Source: a virus
DNA length: 64,000 nt
Virus record (IMG/VR): IMGVR_UViG_3300006094_000039
Location: 5,230-69,229 of that record
Direction: 5' to 3' (one strand)
The position numbers and the translations under genes were made by a program. The notes beneath the pieces were generated by a model. That model worked only from the letters and a program-made list of their open reading frames with translations, made no database searches and was not told where the DNA came from. Below are positions 9,490-18,292 of the stretch, in pieces; position 1 is the stretch's first letter; each line of letters begins with the position of its first letter.

Positions 9490-9630
9490 CTTTGAATTGC
9501 ATTCTAAGGGAGGAGCCTGGAGGGACAGGGAGTGAGAATAGTATTTTCTCCTCCAGGCAATTGTCTGCTGAATTTGTGGAGGCCAAATTAACCAGCAGAC
9601 ACTTTTTAAGTTACTATTCTCCTATTTAAC
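9490..9630 (-). promoter_or_regulatory. TATA promoter followed by a two-hairpin structured leader of nrdD
   Basis: GTTAAATA at 9630-9623 (minus); stems 9562-9570/9593-9601 and 9515-9523/9550-9558. Confidence 0.5.
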
Positions 9631-9677
9631 TATTATCCTGCCCCTATTTGATGAAATAAGCCTCCAAAATCCCCAAT

Positions 9678-10346
9678 TTAAGTTATATTCACCTTTATCC
9701 TGGCCATTAGGTCGTTTATATCACATAACTGGCCAGATTCATCTATGGGTTTGACCTCTTTACCGGACTCAACGGCCAAGGATACTGCTTTCTTCTCAAT
9801 AGGGATAGACATTCCAGCCTGGGCCTGGGTCTTCATTACTGTGGCATAAATTGCCCAACCTATGAAAAAGAGGATCTTCTCCTCTTTCCTGGCAGGTGGA
9901 ATCCATTGGTCCAGTAACTTTGAAAGGAGCTTCTGTGGCTTGGGAGCCCTGCCAGATTTCATCATATCCTTAGTGACCTTGGGCCTCAGGGTCTTCATGG
10001 CCTGGACAGATAGCTCCACCACCCTCTCATTAGGGATATCCAGGATCTGGGCTGGGATAAAGGGATTCTCCTGCATGCACTTCTTCCAGCCATCATAGTC
10101 CAGGAAGTCCACATTATTTGAGGTGAGGAAGGAAGCCAGATTCAGTGTGAGCATGCCCTTTATCACAGAGATCCTCTGCTCAGGGGTCCATTCCTCACCC
10201 TTGTTGAGGAGCTTCAGAGCTTGTGCAGGGTCTTTTGTCTCCCTGACTTGTCTCACCCAGAAGTCCAATGGCCTCTTTGCCTTAGCTTTCAACTCCTGCT
10301 CAGTCATCCCCAGTGAGTCAAAAATGCTGAAGTCCTCCGGGCTCAT
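9678..10346 (-). CDS. Hypothetical protein
   Basis: ORF in operon; viral codon usage. Confidence 0.65.
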   Translation of the reverse strand: MSPEDFSIFDSLGMTEQELKAKAKRPLDFWVRQVRETKDPAQALKLLNKGEEWTPEQRISVIKGMLTLNLASFLTSNNVDFLDYDGWKKCMQENPFIPAQILDIPNERVVELSVQAMKTLRPKVTKDMMKSGRAPKPQKLLSKLLDQWIPPARKEEKILFFIGWAIYATVMKTQAQAGMSIPIEKKAVSLAVESGKEVKPIDESGQLCDINDLMARIKVNIT

Positions 10347-10377
10347 TGGAGATCCTCCAGGGTGTCCACGATCAGCC

Positions 10378-10752
10378 TCATGATAACATCCTCCTCTCAG
10401 AGTCTATCATATTCAGCAAACTCTGGGCTCTCTCCTCTTTAGTGAGCGTTCTATCAGCAACCCTTTGCAGATCCCTCTTGCTGTGGGCATCAGGTCTCAG
10501 CATTTTCAAAGTCTCCATAGCCCAGCCATGGTGGTCTAGGATCAATCCATCGTCATCCAGGACGTACCAGGCCACTATCTTCTGAAGCCCTCTCCTGGCA
10601 AACCCCCTTGCACAGAATCTGGCCTCATAAGGATCTGAATAGGTGAGAGACCTGGGCTGTCCCAGCTCTGGGATCAGCACCAGCTCCACCTGTGGCATAT
10701 CCCTGAACCCTCTTCTATTCACTCTCCCACCCCTTAAATCCAAAATAATCAA
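10378..10752 (-). CDS. Hypothetical protein
   Basis: ORF in operon; likely start at MPQVEL. Confidence 0.6.
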   Translation of the reverse strand: MIILDLRGGRVNRRGFRDMPQVELVLIPELGQPRSLTYSDPYEARFCARGFARRGLQKIVAWYVLDDDGLILDHHGWAMETLKMLRPDAHSKRDLQRVADRTLTKEERAQSLLNMIDSERRMLS

Positions 10753-10806
10753 TAACAGCTGCTCCCATAAGAGCCAAAGGAGCGTAAAGAAATACTTTAA
10801 GATCGC

Positions 10807-12501
10807 TCACCAACTCACCTCCAAATAACTCCCTACCATCACCATCTTTGCCAGGTCAGTATTTCTAAAGACGTTATCAGACAGCTCATTCTTCTCTGCA
10901 GTGTTTGCATGTAGCTTCCGCTCTACCTGACTGTTGGAATCCAAGACATAGTAGGTCACAGGCTTCTCCTGTCCCATCCTGGAGATTCTGGCCAGAAGCT
11001 GATCCATCATCCTGGGGTTATGCAGAGAGCTTAGGACCACCATCATAGAGCACTTCTCCTGAAGGTTATGACCCATAGCTCCAGCACTGGTCATGAAAAG
11101 CAGCCTGGAGTCCTCTCCCTTCCAGGAAACCAGCTCAGACTTAACGTCCACTCCAGAGGTGAGCCAGGAGATAGGCTCCTCCACAAAACTGGCCAGCCTG
11201 ATTAGGGCCTTCTTGAAGCCCGAGAAGACTATGATCTTATTAGGAGCAGATTCCATCAAGATCTCCAGGACCTCAGCCTCTCTGGGAGATGGGTCCTTAG
11301 GTGACTCCTGAATGAACTTCAGGAGCTGCTCCTCCTGCAGGATGTCCTCATCAGGCTCCCACTCTTTAGGCAAAAGGCAGGGGCTGATGAAATTCTCCAT
11401 CCCGTATGTGAAGTATTTCAGCACCAGCTCCATCCTGTCCATCTGAAAAGCAGCCTGAGAAGCGCTCAGGAGGAGATCCTCTATCTCCTGCTGGAGCCCT
11501 GACAGCTCCACGTTCCTTACCACTGTGGATGATGGTGGCAGCTCCAGGACTTCAGTCCTCAACCTTCTGATGTGATAGGGAGCTATGATCTGTTTTAGGA
11601 CATCCAGATTTTTATAGCCCACAATGTCCATGAACTTATAGCCACTGAAATTTTTCTCCTCCAAGATCATGAATCTGTCAGCAAACTTCTGGTAGTTGGG
11701 GAAAAGCTCTGGCCTGACTAAATGCAGGATATGCCACAGCTCTTTTAGGTTATTCTCTATGGGGCTGCCAGTAATCCCCAGGACCCTCCTTGCCTTCAGG
11801 GAGGCTGCAGCCTTTGACCTCTGAGCCTTGGCATTCTTTCCCTTTGTGATTTCATCAAAGATGATGAGTCCATCCCTGCAGTAATCCTGGGCCAGCTTCA
11901 GATCCCGAGCATTTCTTAGGCCATCCCAGGAGAAGATGACATAATGATATGGAGCCTCTATGGCCCTCCTCCAGGCAGCTCTTCTATCATTCAAAGGCCC
12001 ATAGACAGGGACATAGGTGGAATGGGTAAACTTCTCTATCTGGGCTCCCCATTCATCCACCAGAGTGCTGGGACAGATTACCAAGGTCCTGCAGCCTAGC
12101 TCCTCAGCTATCCTTAGAGTCTGAGCAGTCTTTCCCAGGCCCATGTCATCACAGAAGAGGAAATTCCCTGCTTTCTGGGCCTCAGCCACTCCTATGACTT
12201 GATATGTCATCAGCATATTTGGCCTGAAGGTGTCAGGGAAATACCTGACAGGAGTGGCCTTCATGGCCTCCTGCTGGTAGAAATTCAGCAGCCTAGGGGT
12301 CAGGTCTGCCTGTTTCCAGTCCATTAGCTTTCTAACAGCGCCTAAATCGAAAAGCCTGTACCAGTACCTCTTCTCAGGCTGCCACACAAACCCCAGCCTG
12401 GAAAGATGAGATCTGGCAGCCCAGATCTCTTCCTTCCGACCTTTAGCTATGAGAAAGCTCCTGCTGAGCTTATCTTCTGCCAGTACAATCTGGACAGTCA
12501 C
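10807..12501 (-). CDS. SNF2-family (SF2) helicase/ATPase
   Basis: DDMGLGKT Walker A, LVICPSTL..EW, IIFDE, TGSPIENNLKELW, C-terminal QLLARISRMGQEKPV. Confidence 0.9.
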   Translation of the reverse strand: MTVQIVLAEDKLSRSFLIAKGRKEEIWAARSHLSRLGFVWQPEKRYWYRLFDLGAVRKLMDWKQADLTPRLLNFYQQEAMKATPVRYFPDTFRPNMLMTYQVIGVAEAQKAGNFLFCDDMGLGKTAQTLRIAEELGCRTLVICPSTLVDEWGAQIEKFTHSTYVPVYGPLNDRRAAWRRAIEAPYHYVIFSWDGLRNARDLKLAQDYCRDGLIIFDEITKGKNAKAQRSKAAASLKARRVLGITGSPIENNLKELWHILHLVRPELFPNYQKFADRFMILEEKNFSGYKFMDIVGYKNLDVLKQIIAPYHIRRLRTEVLELPPSSTVVRNVELSGLQQEIEDLLLSASQAAFQMDRMELVLKYFTYGMENFISPCLLPKEWEPDEDILQEEQLLKFIQESPKDPSPREAEVLEILMESAPNKIIVFSGFKKALIRLASFVEEPISWLTSGVDVKSELVSWKGEDSRLLFMTSAGAMGHNLQEKCSMMVVLSSLHNPRMMDQLLARISRMGQEKPVTYYVLDSNSQVERKLHANTAEKNELSDNVFRNTDLAKMVMVGSYLEVSW

Positions 12502-13030
12502 AGCGAGGCCCTCCCTGGCTCCCTGTGCCCCTTAAAATCTGCTCTAGCTCCTCAGCATTTCTGATGGGAATGAGCTGGATGTTAACACCATCAGGGATGT
12601 CCTTTCCCAGGAGCTTCTGGATAACTTCCCTTCCCAGAGCCTGGATCTCTGGACTATCACAGACATCCTCCAATTCAGCCTCTTCCACCTGCCTTCCATA
12701 ATGCCCAGAGAGGATAGGGACCATCTCCTTACAGACAGCATCCAGCTGCTCAGTCAACCATTTAGGGCCAGAGATCTCCAGGGCCAAATCAGCGTCCATG
12801 GCTGCAGACATAAAGCAGGCATAAGTTAGCTTCTCAACCAGATATTCAATGGGCACCAGGACAAAGGGCTCCCTCTGGTAAAATTCCTGAGTAGGCCTGG
12901 TATTAGCGTAGTGAATCCTCATGTAGATGGGATCAGTCAGCTGATCACCTGAGGCAAAGGCCTCCAGGATAACCTTTACTGCATTCCTTCCAGTCATTGC
13001 CTTTGCATCAGCCTCAGAAATCGTCTTCAT
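12470..13030 (-). CDS. Hypothetical protein with C-terminal CDCPDC
   Basis: ATGA-coupled to the upstream ORF. Confidence 0.6.
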   Translation of the reverse strand: MKTISEADAKAMTGRNAVKVILEAFASGDQLTDPIYMRIHYANTRPTQEFYQREPFVLVPIEYLVEKLTYACFMSAAMDADLALEISGPKWLTEQLDAVCKEMVPILSGHYGRQVEEAELEDVCDSPEIQALGREVIQKLLGKDIPDGVNIQLIPIRNAEELEQILRGTGSQGGPRCDCPDCTGRR

Positions 13031-13389
13031 ATCGTTAGTTCTCCCCCTTTAATATCCCTGATTTCTCCACCCTTTGCCTTCCAGTCTGCAGCCTCCTGCT
13101 CAAAGCCAGCAGTCCTGGGAGTGATCTCCACCACATTGACCTTAACACCCAGATCCCTGGGCACCAGCTTAGGTAGCCATCTCTTAATCCTCTCAGCATC
13201 CAGCCCTAGAGCCTGGAATCCCATCTCCACGGCCATCTCATGGAGATTAAGCTCTCCTTCCTGATATCTCTGGTAAATGGCAAAGAGTCTGGGTGCCTCA
13301 GATTCAGCTTTTCCAACTCCATAGGCCTGATCCAGCAGCTGTGCCAGTTTGCTGGTTTTAAGATAGGCAGTGAATGCCTTTTCATCCAT
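13027..13389 (-). CDS. Hypothetical protein
   Basis: GGAGG RBS; operator-bearing promoter upstream. Confidence 0.65.
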   Translation of the reverse strand: MDEKAFTAYLKTSKLAQLLDQAYGVGKAESEAPRLFAIYQRYQEGELNLHEMAVEMGFQALGLDAERIKRWLPKLVPRDLGVKVNVVEITPRTAGFEQEAADWKAKGGEIRDIKGGELTI

Positions 13390-13401
13390 TCTTTGTGGCC
13401 T

Positions 13402-13433
13402 CCATAATTGCCATAGTTTCTATGGTATTTATA
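13402..13433 (-). promoter_or_regulatory. TATA box plus palindromic operator
   Basis: Minus strand TATAAATA CCATAG AAA CTATGG CAA TTATGG. Confidence 0.75.
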
Positions 13434-13520
13434 GATTTTGTATGGTATATTGCATATCTATGTAAGAACTGGGAATTATGTACTTTGCTTCTCTCTTATA
13501 GGAGGTCTTCCGATCCTCAT

Positions 13521-13712
13521 TTAAGGCATTGGCCTGTCAATGTTGTCAGTAAGATCACAGACCTCCACCTGCATGGCCAGATGTCCTGTAGCCTGGACTT
13601 TTTTCAAATAGGCTTCGTAGGCTTCTCTCCTGGTTAGGGCATCCACAGCCAGGGCCACGGAGGATCTGAAGCCCAGGCCCCCATATCGTATTTTTAGCTT
13701 TTTTTTTATCAT
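13521..13712 (-). CDS. Small hypothetical protein
   Basis: ORF track; viral codon usage in the 3' part. Confidence 0.45.
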   Translation of the reverse strand: MIKKKLKIRYGGLGFRSSVALAVDALTRREAYEAYLKKVQATGHLAMQVEVCDLTDNIDRPMP

Positions 13713-14136
13713 ACATATGAAAATCGTGCCAACTATACATGTCCATAATATAATTCATTAGGGTGTTTAGGCCCCTAATCTGTCAGGATAATGTTTATTT
13801 TTTTAATTTTAGGACAAATTCTATTGGTGTTAATTGGCAGGGGTGAAATGTGCTAAATTTAGTAAGTAATACCGTTATTTTAATCAATAGAGAAGTGTGG
13901 CAGGGGTGCCAGGGATATCCCCTCTATTAGAGAGAAGAAAAATAGTATAGGGAAAGTTATTTAGTAAAAGTTAGGGGAGGGGTACCTCTGCCACCCACCC
14001 AGATAGCTCCTGCTATGGAAATAGTGGTGTTACTTCTTAATTACAACTTTCATATTTTTGCATTAATGAGACTGAAGTGTGTGTTTACTCGATCCTCCAA
14101 TAAGTTAAAGTATTTTTAGACTCATATTCCTTGGAA

Positions 14137-15321
14137 TCATGGTACCGTTGGAATATATCGTCTTGGAGCTGAATTCATGCAAAATGTCTTAAAGTCACAA
14201 ACTGTACAAGTTCTCTCTTTAGGGTTACATTCCCACGATGATGTGATATTCTTGCCGCCTAGTTCTGAAAGCACACTTGACTCAATTCTAAGAACTACAT
14301 CATTAAATTCTTCAAGCGATTCTTGAATCGATGCATGATTTATTGGAACTATTTTTATAGATCGCTCCTCGGTAAGATGGACTGTTAATTTAGGTAGGTC
14401 TAATCCTGGTTTCCAATTTTTTATATTTTTCATATCTAAACCATGAGGCATTACATCAGTTGAATTAGTTTGTACCTCTTCTTTTAGCACTTTCATACCT
14501 TCATTAGAGTAAGATAATTCATCTAGATAGAATAAAATTCCCGCAATTACGGGTTTTGCCTCAGGTTGTTGGGATCGAAGCCAAGCATAGGTTAATATTT
14601 GCCATTCATGATGCGCCCAATTTGGGTCGTTGATTCCTGGCCTCATCATTCCTTTATAATCGATTATGATTTCGAACTCAGGAGAATCCAAATTATCTAT
14701 TATGTCCATTAGCTCTGGATGCCTGTGGATATAGTGTAATATCAGGTTACCAGGTTCAGCATCATGAATATTTATAGAACTAATTACATCAACTACGCCA
14801 GTAATGCCGTAGTAATCAGATCGACCGATACCATTTGCCTTAGGCATCGGTCTAATCCCCTTAAGTTTTATTTCGGTTTGACTGACTAAAGGAAATAAGT
14901 GCGGCCCCCAAGTGTTTATAGCCTTTTCCGCCCTTTTGCTGGCAGTTAATTTATGTGGATGATTTGTATCTTTACAAAATCCTTCTTTCTCCTTTTCCTC
15001 AGATGAGTATGGGCAAAAAAGCCAATATGGTGGGTTTAAACCTTTTGCACTAAGCCTTTCAGCAACATTTAGTTCAATACAGCGAATTTGAGGTTCCCAT
15101 GGCCATTTGAAACTTAGCTGGGATTTTTTCCAGCTAAGATAAGCCTCTTCCATTACACCATGGATAAATTCTCCGAACCATAATTGAACTGGAGTAGAAG
15201 GAGGAAGAGAGCCTTTATTATGGTATCGATATTGGAGGCCACATGTAAGGTACGACAATAAATCTCCAGTCAAGCTATATTCAGGTATTATATATGGTTT
15301 CGAAGATATCGATAGATGCAT
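14137..15321 (-). CDS. PD-(D/E)XK nuclease, AddB/Cas4-like with a predicted Fe-S staple
   Basis: ITGVVD...IIDYK; Cys in LTCGLQY plus C-terminal CNPKERTCTVCDFKTFC; AT-rich. Confidence 0.8.
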   Translation of the reverse strand: MHLSISSKPYIIPEYSLTGDLLSYLTCGLQYRYHNKGSLPPSTPVQLWFGEFIHGVMEEAYLSWKKSQLSFKWPWEPQIRCIELNVAERLSAKGLNPPYWLFCPYSSEEKEKEGFCKDTNHPHKLTASKRAEKAINTWGPHLFPLVSQTEIKLKGIRPMPKANGIGRSDYYGITGVVDVISSINIHDAEPGNLILHYIHRHPELMDIIDNLDSPEFEIIIDYKGMMRPGINDPNWAHHEWQILTYAWLRSQQPEAKPVIAGILFYLDELSYSNEGMKVLKEEVQTNSTDVMPHGLDMKNIKNWKPGLDLPKLTVHLTEERSIKIVPINHASIQESLEEFNDVVLRIESSVLSELGGKNITSSWECNPKERTCTVCDFKTFCMNSAPRRYIPTVP

Positions 15322-15329
15322 TTTTCCAC

Positions 15330-17687
15330 CTAAATATGAATTAAATTTTTAAGCCCTTCATCCCATATCCAATCCTCATTTCTTGTCCAGCCTGTGGCAA
15401 TATGAGGTATATGCTGTTTCCCGGACTTAATTTCAGATCCATTTCTAACAGAATTTAATCCTACAAGAAGCAAAATATCCTGCGGTCTGCTATACGCAAC
15501 GAAATAGTGCCTTATTAGATCATCAATAGCCCGGTGTTTTCCGCTTCTACATGCAACAAATTCGTTTATCGGTGTAAATTTTCTCAGTAGATCTTCCATA
15601 TTGCATGCTTTTCCACCCGTCGTGGGAAAACGTTTAAATGTCTTTGATTTTAGGGTCTTTATATCCGATCCCACATCAACTATCACTAAAGGGAATTGTA
15701 AACCTTTGGCTTGGTGAATAGACATAATATTGATCCTATTCCTTGGCAAAGTACCCAAAAGATCTTCATCGATTTTTATAGTGTTCGTGGCAATGGGTGT
15801 AAAAACGTTCCAATAAGCTTTCTTAATAGAGGATGTTGAATTTTTATTATCATCATCGTAAATAAGCATTTTACCATCAAAATCATCAAATAATCCAAAT
15901 TGAGTGATTGTCCTAGTAATTGATTCTAGATACACTAAGCCTTCAACATCATTTTGTATATCCGGAATCCAAGTAATTAATTTATAAGCGAGATCTATTA
16001 ATGATATTTCTTTTTTCCATTTCGCTTGTCCAAGCGGTTTTCTGTTTTGCCATGCATTTACAAATTCCTTTAAACTTATAGGTGAATTAGGATCTGGATC
16101 ATAATCAATATACATTTGTGCTTTATCTCTCCACGTTTCAAAAATTTGATTGATTGCTTCTGGCATTTTATCGATATTTTTTTGAACCTTGGACCCTGGA
16201 TCTAAACATTCTAATATTAGGCCACATAACAATTGAACCCCCCTAATCTTTTCTAAATTCTGTCCTCTAGGGTTAAAAACACCAATTGGCTTTTTCAGTC
16301 TTGATAATTCATTTCGCATTAAATATGGCAATCTAGGATTATTATTCTTATCAAAATCTCTGGGAGAACTACAAATGAGAGAAATATCTGCAGGAGATCC
16401 ACCTACTGTTTGAGGGGCCATACGAATAAGGAATTCCCTCCCCCTATTATCGGTTACTTTTATACCTTCTTCATTTATTATTCTATCAAGATAATATGCT
16501 AAATCTTTAGCTAAAATTCTAACATCATCCCTAAATAAACCCAAAATTGGATAATTATTAAATGATTTTCGGGCAGCCTTAATCCTGCGCTTATCAATAA
16601 CTCGTGCGTTCTGAAATTCTTTATCCAATAATATATATTTATTGCAAAACTTGACTATATTTGGTGTAGATCTATAATTCCTAGAAAGATGGATTATTTG
16701 AGGCCTAATCCCTAGCTGAGAATAAACTCTCAATGGAAATTCTCTAAATAGATCGACTGTGGCACCACGAAAACGATATAGGGATTGGTCATCATCCCCG
16801 ACTACAGTTATTGCACCACCATTTCCCAATGCGATCTTCGAAATCTCAAAATAAATTTGTTCCTGCAATAAATTTGTATCTTGATATTCGTCAACTAGAA
16901 GAAATCTAATTTTATTAATAGTCTCGCTTAATTCACCTCTGCGCAAATGGCTTAAAAAATCGGATTCTAAATTAGCAAAATCTGTAAAATTCCTTTTCCT
17001 TAACTCTCCAATATAATTTTCAATTAATTTACAAGAAATATCTATACCTAGGTTATCTAATTTACTGAATTCAGTAATATTAACTTGGTCATAATAGAAC
17101 CTATCCTTTATTTCAAGCAATATCTCACATTTCTCGGAAATACTACCGTCTTTATATTCCTTTAGTAATTTAACAACTTCTTCTAGTTCTGGGTTTTCAG
17201 CTACTTCTAGCTTGAAAATTTCCCTTAGCATTAGCGCTTTTGCCACAAAATCCTCTATTAGTATAGGCGGAGAAATCCCCGGAACCTTCAATTGGTTTAG
17301 ATTGTCATCCGATATACTATCTAATGTTCCAGTAATTATCTTATTAAAATTTAAAGTATACAAAAAATTTTTATCTGAATTAGAAGAACTATTTATAAAA
17401 AATGATCTTAATTTATTACCCCAACCTAATATTCCAGATCTCAATTCTAAAGCGGCTTTCTTAGTGAATGTTGTTACTAAAATATTGGATGGATCGATTC
17501 CATCGACAAAAATTAGTTTTAAAACCTTTAGAATAATAACAGTAGTCTTGCCGCTACCTGGACCTGCTACAATGAATTGAGACTCATCGGGTGATGCTAT
17601 GACCGCTTTTCTCTGGTCTAAATCTTTACTAATATTCTTATCAAGCTGACTATTAATAGCATCTTCGAAATCGTCTATGAGTATCAT
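15330..17687 (-). CDS. uvrD: UvrD/REP-family SF1 helicase
   Basis: AGPGSGKT, TFTKKAA, VDEYQDTN, VGDDDQSLYRFRGA, NYRS, SIHQAKGLQF, LFVAYSR-like motif VI. Confidence 0.92.
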   Translation of the reverse strand: MILIDDFEDAINSQLDKNISKDLDQRKAVIASPDESQFIVAGPGSGKTTVIILKVLKLIFVDGIDPSNILVTTFTKKAALELRSGILGWGNKLRSFFINSSSNSDKNFLYTLNFNKIITGTLDSISDDNLNQLKVPGISPPILIEDFVAKALMLREIFKLEVAENPELEEVVKLLKEYKDGSISEKCEILLEIKDRFYYDQVNITEFSKLDNLGIDISCKLIENYIGELRKRNFTDFANLESDFLSHLRRGELSETINKIRFLLVDEYQDTNLLQEQIYFEISKIALGNGGAITVVGDDDQSLYRFRGATVDLFREFPLRVYSQLGIRPQIIHLSRNYRSTPNIVKFCNKYILLDKEFQNARVIDKRRIKAARKSFNNYPILGLFRDDVRILAKDLAYYLDRIINEEGIKVTDNRGREFLIRMAPQTVGGSPADISLICSSPRDFDKNNNPRLPYLMRNELSRLKKPIGVFNPRGQNLEKIRGVQLLCGLILECLDPGSKVQKNIDKMPEAINQIFETWRDKAQMYIDYDPDPNSPISLKEFVNAWQNRKPLGQAKWKKEISLIDLAYKLITWIPDIQNDVEGLVYLESITRTITQFGLFDDFDGKMLIYDDDNKNSTSSIKKAYWNVFTPIATNTIKIDEDLLGTLPRNRINIMSIHQAKGLQFPLVIVDVGSDIKTLKSKTFKRFPTTGGKACNMEDLLRKFTPINEFVACRSGKHRAIDDLIRHYFVAYSRPQDILLLVGLNSVRNGSEIKSGKQHIPHIATGWTRNEDWIWDEGLKNLIHI

Positions 17688-18154
17688 AAATGATTTTCTC
17701 CACCATTTTCTATTTTATCAAGCCAAATTTTAAGTTGGTGAAGCCTTTCTCCAATTTTTCCATTAATCCAGCAAACATTTTGTCCTTCAAGCACGCTTTC
17801 GCTCTCATCTAATGCCAGCATATAAGTCTTTCCGAGGTTTATCAATATTTCATCATATTTATTATTTTTAAGCACATCATTCAACCGCGATTTTGTCTCT
17901 TGTGCAATCTCCTTTGCCCTTTGTTTAGTTATTTTTTGATCATAATGGGATATCAAATAACCTGAATTTATAAGCCCATATTTGGCAGAAATTATCAAAA
18001 TATCTACATTCTCTAAATAATACTTTCTCATCATTTTATAGAATGGGCCATTATATAAATCTATAGCTTGAACATTGTTCAATCGTTTCTTTTCCTTAGA
18101 ACAAGGCAAAATAGCAAGGTATCGTTTCTTGATCATTTTGTCTCGTAATTGCAT
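17684..18154 (-). CDS. DUF6884/YaaA-like protein
   Basis: ILPCSKEK, AIDLYNGPFY, IISAKYGLI, YDQKI, IGERLHQL pattern. Confidence 0.65.
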   Translation of the reverse strand: MQLRDKMIKKRYLAILPCSKEKKRLNNVQAIDLYNGPFYKMMRKYYLENVDILIISAKYGLINSGYLISHYDQKITKQRAKEIAQETKSRLNDVLKNNKYDEILINLGKTYMLALDESESVLEGQNVCWINGKIGERLHQLKIWLDKIENGGENHL

Positions 18155-18292
18155 ACATCAGAAGATAAAGATATCTCTAAACCTAAGTAGATGATGTGGG
18201 TGACCATCTTGCATATCCTCGGATCTACTTTATTGCCTAATACATAACTATCTACTGTGATAATACTTCTTTCCATTTATTGCCTTTTTACT

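Noticed and set aside
15330-17687. Gabija system
   Set aside because: The partner nuclease is PD-(D/E)XK, not an OLD-family ATPase/TOPRIM protein
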